Shown here piece by piece: positions 60,775-64,000 of a DNA stretch of 64,000 nt; positions within the stretch are counted from its first letter, which is position 1; every line of letters begins with the position of its first letter. Both the position numbers and the translations under genes were made by a program. The DNA is from Bacteroidia bacterium (GTDB lineage: Bacteria; Bacteroidota; Bacteroidia; UBA7662). The stretch lies in NCBI GenBank assembly GCA_049431025.1, contig JBMTCP010000004.1:17080-81079 (forward strand), read 5' to 3'. The notes beneath the pieces are model-generated. The model did no database searches, was not told the DNA's origin, and saw nothing but the letters and a program-made list of their open reading frames with translations.

Positions 60775-62214
60775 ATGATTAAGTTCCATTTTCGATTGGT
60801 CCTTGTCGTGGGCTTGATGCTTACGGGGCCTTCCCTTTTTGTTGGGGTTGTAGCGCAGTCGCTGCACGCCTTGTCGTTTGATGGCAGCGATGATTATACC
60901 GCTGCACCAGGATTTAGCAGCCAAATCAACGGATTAAGTTCCTTTTCTATGGCCTGTTGGGTTAACCCAGCCAACCCTGCCCCTTCCTTTCCCAATTTCG
61001 ATGGTATCATGGGGTTGAGAAATGAAATCAACGCGGATTTTTACCTCCTCCATTACAGCAACAACGCCTTCGAGGCTCGATTCAGAAACAGCTCAGGAAC
61101 CACCTATACCATCACCCAAGGTCCTGTCCAACTGAATACTTGGCAGCATCTGGCTTTGGTTTACACCGGTTCCCAATTACGTTTTTTCAGGAACGGCACC
61201 TTGCTTTCTTCCATTAGCGCATCGGGAACCATTAACGACCCGACGGTCTCCTTGGAGATTGGGAGACTGCCTTACGCCAATACACCCTACTATTTGGAAG
61301 GGGAGGTGGATGAGGCCGCTTTTTGGGGAAGGGCCTTAAGCGATGCCGAAGTGCTTTGCCTATACAAACAACAGCTTGATACGGCTTCAGCGGGTCTATT
61401 GGCTTACTATTCCATGGACCAAGGCTTGGCAGGAGGAAATAATGTTGCCGTGCCGTATTTGGAAGACTTACGCAATGGTTTTCATGCGTATTTCTACGGC
61501 CTTAACCTGAACGGACCTACGTCCAATTTCGTGAACGGTAGGCAAATGATGGGTGTCGTTCGGGATACCCTTTGCCGAGGAGAGAGCATCGCTGTGGCCG
61601 GTGTACCCTTTGGACAAGGTGGTACCTATAGACTACGCCTACCCAGACCCGACCAATGCGATTCGACCCTTTGGGTTGGGCTTTTTCAAGATACCTCCGA
61701 CCGGCGGGTGGTTCAAAATCGCAACCAACTTACAGCCGTGCAAACCGGTGCAGCAACTTACCAATGGCTTCAGTGTACAGGGACCCCTACGCCTATTGCG
61801 GGAGCTACATCCCGCACCTTCACGGCAAATGCCAACGGCTCCTACCGGGTTGCCATTCGCCGACTTCGATGCGTGGATACCTCCTACTGCGTCGAGGTTA
61901 GAACGGTGGATTTGCCCGAACTATCCTTGACCGACACCAAGAACCTGACTCTGTGGCCCAATCCCGGCCGGAAGCATATGAACATTCAAATCCCGAATCC
62001 CTGGATCCCCTGGAGTTACCGGGTTGTCAGCGCTTTGGGGCAGACCGTTGCAGAATCATCTCGCGTTCATTCGAATCCTTCTGCGGAAGGGTCTTGGATA
62101 ACCCTTAGCACCGATGATTGGTCAAGCGGTTGGTACACGGTCTGGGTGGGAACTCATCGGAACGGAGATCCCGAATCGTCAACCTGGTTCAAAGCACGTT
62201 GGGTTAAACCCTGA
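60775..62214 (+). CDS. LamG-like (concanavalin-A-type lectin/glucanase) domain protein with T9SS type-A CTD; paralog of N-terminal domain of the giant protein
   Basis: Signal peptide; LSFDGSDDYTAAP...WQHLALVY...GEVDEAAFWGRALSDAEV LamG motifs; CTD LTLWPNPGRKHMNIQI...GWYTVWVG. Confidence 0.8.
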   Translation: MIKFHFRLVLVVGLMLTGPSLFVGVVAQSLHALSFDGSDDYTAAPGFSSQINGLSSFSMACWVNPANPAPSFPNFDGIMGLRNEINADFYLLHYSNNAFEARFRNSSGTTYTITQGPVQLNTWQHLALVYTGSQLRFFRNGTLLSSISASGTINDPTVSLEIGRLPYANTPYYLEGEVDEAAFWGRALSDAEVLCLYKQQLDTASAGLLAYYSMDQGLAGGNNVAVPYLEDLRNGFHAYFYGLNLNGPTSNFVNGRQMMGVVRDTLCRGESIAVAGVPFGQGGTYRLRLPRPDQCDSTLWVGLFQDTSDRRVVQNRNQLTAVQTGAATYQWLQCTGTPTPIAGATSRTFTANANGSYRVAIRRLRCVDTSYCVEVRTVDLPELSLTDTKNLTLWPNPGRKHMNIQIPNPWIPWSYRVVSALGQTVAESSRVHSNPSAEGSWITLSTDDWSSGWYTVWVGTHRNGDPESSTWFKARWVKP

Positions 62215-62223
62215 TGGCAGAGG

Positions 62224-63015
62224 ATGATATTCCAAGGAGATTCCTCAACCAAGGGTCGAGAACCCGGGGAATTTGCATATACCGGCATCTCAGGTGTTGT
62301 TATCGCGCTCAACGAGGCCAAGAAAATTGAAGCTTGTATTCGCTCCTTACAAAAGGTTTGTTATGAAGTCGTCGTGCTGGATTCGGGTAGCACAGACCAG
62401 ACCGTAAACCTTGCTCAAGGACTTGGCGCTAAGGTTCTATACCACCCTTTTGAAGGGCATATTCAGCAAAAAAACCGCGCCCTTCTCGAAGTCCAGGGTC
62501 CTTATGTCTTGTCTCTTGATGCCGATGAAGTTTTGTCGGATTCCTTGATTTCTTCTATCCAAAAATTAAAATTCGATAACAAGGAACCGTTAGCCTATCG
62601 CATGCCCCGACTCAACCGCTATTGCGGTCAATGGATTCGCTACGGAGCATGGAATCCTGATCTCAAGATTCGCCTTTGGCCTCTGGGTAGTGGTCATTGG
62701 GGAGGGCGTAACCCCCACGACCAAGTCATCCTGGAACCAGGGATCCCGGTCTTGAACCTTCAAGGGCCAATACTCCATTATAGCTACGATCATCCCCAAG
62801 AATTACGCATTCAAAGCGAAAAATTTGCCCGCATTGCCGCCAAAGAACGCCTGGCCCGTGGATCGGGGACTTTTGCTTGGCCCTTAGTCCGGGCTATTTT
62901 TCGTTGGATACGCGATATCGTCATCAAGCGAGGGTTCTTGGATGGTAAAGCCGGTTGGACCATTGCCTATGAAAACGCCCGTTATACCTACCTCAAGTAC
63001 AGCCTGAAACCTTAA
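62224..63015 (+). CDS. Family-2 glycosyltransferase (KdtX/WaaE-like)
   Basis: GVVIALNEAKKIEACIRSL...VVVLDSGSTDQT...LSLDADEVL (DxD) GT-A fold motifs. Confidence 0.7.
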   Translation: MIFQGDSSTKGREPGEFAYTGISGVVIALNEAKKIEACIRSLQKVCYEVVVLDSGSTDQTVNLAQGLGAKVLYHPFEGHIQQKNRALLEVQGPYVLSLDADEVLSDSLISSIQKLKFDNKEPLAYRMPRLNRYCGQWIRYGAWNPDLKIRLWPLGSGHWGGRNPHDQVILEPGIPVLNLQGPILHYSYDHPQELRIQSEKFARIAAKERLARGSGTFAWPLVRAIFRWIRDIVIKRGFLDGKAGWTIAYENARYTYLKYSLKP

Positions 63016-63038
63016 ATTGCGCAAGCAAATCCTACGCT

Positions 63039-63551
63039 ATGAAAATTCGCTTCCTTCTCGGGTTGATCGCCTTTCTGGGGCTGACCGCCTGCAATAAAGA
63101 TGCTCAAACCACAACCGTAACCCTTGATCCCTTGGCCTTCGAATGGAGCGGCCCGTTGTTCGAGGGCAGTAATCCGGCTCAGGTCACCGTTTCGGTCGAT
63201 CCCAAGGCCCTGTTGGGGGAATTATGGCAAGAAGGGGTTGAGATTAAGCGTGTTGTCTTAAAAAAGGCCGAAGTGAGTGCCGAAAAAAACGAGGATTTAG
63301 CAAGCATTCTGTCGTTGGTTATGAGCATGGCCAGCAACAATCCGGAATTACGGATGCAGGAAATTGCGGCAGCCTCCCCCCTACAACCCGAATACAACAA
63401 GGCTTCCCTCAACATTGCACCGCAGGCTCATCTGGATGATTTTTTTGGAGAAAAAGAATTTTATATGGTCCTGGATGCCACCTTAAAAAGTGACCGTGAG
63501 CAAGACCTTCGCTTAACCGGTCAAGTTACTTTCGAAATCACCTACCGATAA
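63039..63551 (+). CDS. Hypothetical lipoprotein
   Basis: MKIRFLLGLIAFLGLTAC lipobox-type signal; 170 aa, no recognisable family. Confidence 0.55.
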   Translation: MKIRFLLGLIAFLGLTACNKDAQTTTVTLDPLAFEWSGPLFEGSNPAQVTVSVDPKALLGELWQEGVEIKRVVLKKAEVSAEKNEDLASILSLVMSMASNNPELRMQEIAAASPLQPEYNKASLNIAPQAHLDDFFGEKEFYMVLDATLKSDREQDLRLTGQVTFEITYR

Positions 63552-63569
63552 AACCTTAACATCAAACTT

Positions 63570-64000
63570 ATGAAAAACACCATTTTCCGCAGAATCTTTT
63601 TGACCCTCTTAACCGTATTAAGCACCTACGGGGCATCGTTTGCCCTAACCGATGGCGAAGGGGATCGCCTCCTGGGCGTTTGGGAGCCCAGCAATGGCCG
63701 GGCACGGGTTAAAATCGAAAAGATTGGCGTCAAGTACTACGGAAAAATTGTTTGGCTCAAAGAACCCAACGATCCGGATACCGGTCTTCCCAAAACCGAC
63801 AAAAACAATCCGGATGCCACCCTCCAAAAAGCCCCACTCAAAGGCTATCGTATGCTCAAGGACTTTGTTTACCAGGACCAAAATCAATGGACCGAGGGAA
63901 CCATTTACGACCCCCTGAACGGCAGCACCTACAGTTGCACCATTAAGATGACTGATCCCAATACACTGGAAATCAGAGGATATATCGGAGTATCAGCATT
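63570..64000 (+). CDS. DUF2147 domain protein (partial, runs off window end)
   Basis: ATG 63570 then MKNTIFRRIFLTLLTVLSTYGASFA signal peptide; ...GVWEPSNGRARVKIEKIGVKYYGKIVWLKEPNDP... DUF2147-like; not in ORF track because no stop in window. Confidence 0.6.
   Translation, partial: MKNTIFRRIFLTLLTVLSTYGASFALTDGEGDRLLGVWEPSNGRARVKIEKIGVKYYGKIVWLKEPNDPDTGLPKTDKNNPDATLQKAPLKGYRMLKDFVYQDQNQWTEGTIYDPLNGSTYSCTIKMTDPNTLEIRGYIGVSA

Overview
This 64 kb window is a gene-dense chromosomal segment from a member of Bacteroidota.

Evidence for the taxon assignment:
- Five ORFs end in type-A T9SS (Por) C-terminal sorting domains.
- TAnnTTTG/-33 TTTG promoter motifs are present.
- SecDF is fused.
- The initiator tRNA is almost identical in primary sequence to the E. 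coli one.

About 55 CDS and 2 tRNA genes were found. No rRNA, CRISPR array, transposase, integrase or other obvious mobile element is visible.

The core is a long run of housekeeping genes on the minus strand: der-era; two M16 peptidases; ribBA; fused methylmalonyl-CoA mutase + meaB; nifU-like; accC-accB-efp-fabH-rpmF-yceD-pdxA-pepA; and secDF. On the plus strand are tsaC, purQ, mtgA and an lptF/G-family permease.

The accessory content is secreted/T9SS cargo:
- a PKD-repeat protein;
- an M43 metzincin;
- a 740-aa Ig-like protein;
- a 2925-aa LamG/CARDB/beta-helix/dockerin-like giant;
- a 479-aa LamG paralog.

It also includes two tandem outer-membrane beta-barrel paralogs, a GH13 amylase, a PHB-depolymerase-like esterase, a CrtW-like carotenoid ketolase next to a glutathione peroxidase, and a GGGPS/PcrB-type prenyltransferase homolog. 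That last gene is divergently coupled to an uncharacterised secreted-protein/polytopic-membrane-protein pair.

No recognisable defence, toxin-antitoxin or biosynthetic cluster is evident.

The most unusual elements:
- the modular giant T9SS protein, with atypically AT-rich codon usage and dockerin-like Ca-binding repeats;
- the single-polypeptide MutA-MutB mutase fusion;
- a 550-nt non-coding gap upstream of secDF;
- an unannotated 28-aa hydrophobic micro-ORF.

All calls come from reading the translated ORFs and the raw sequence. No database search was possible.
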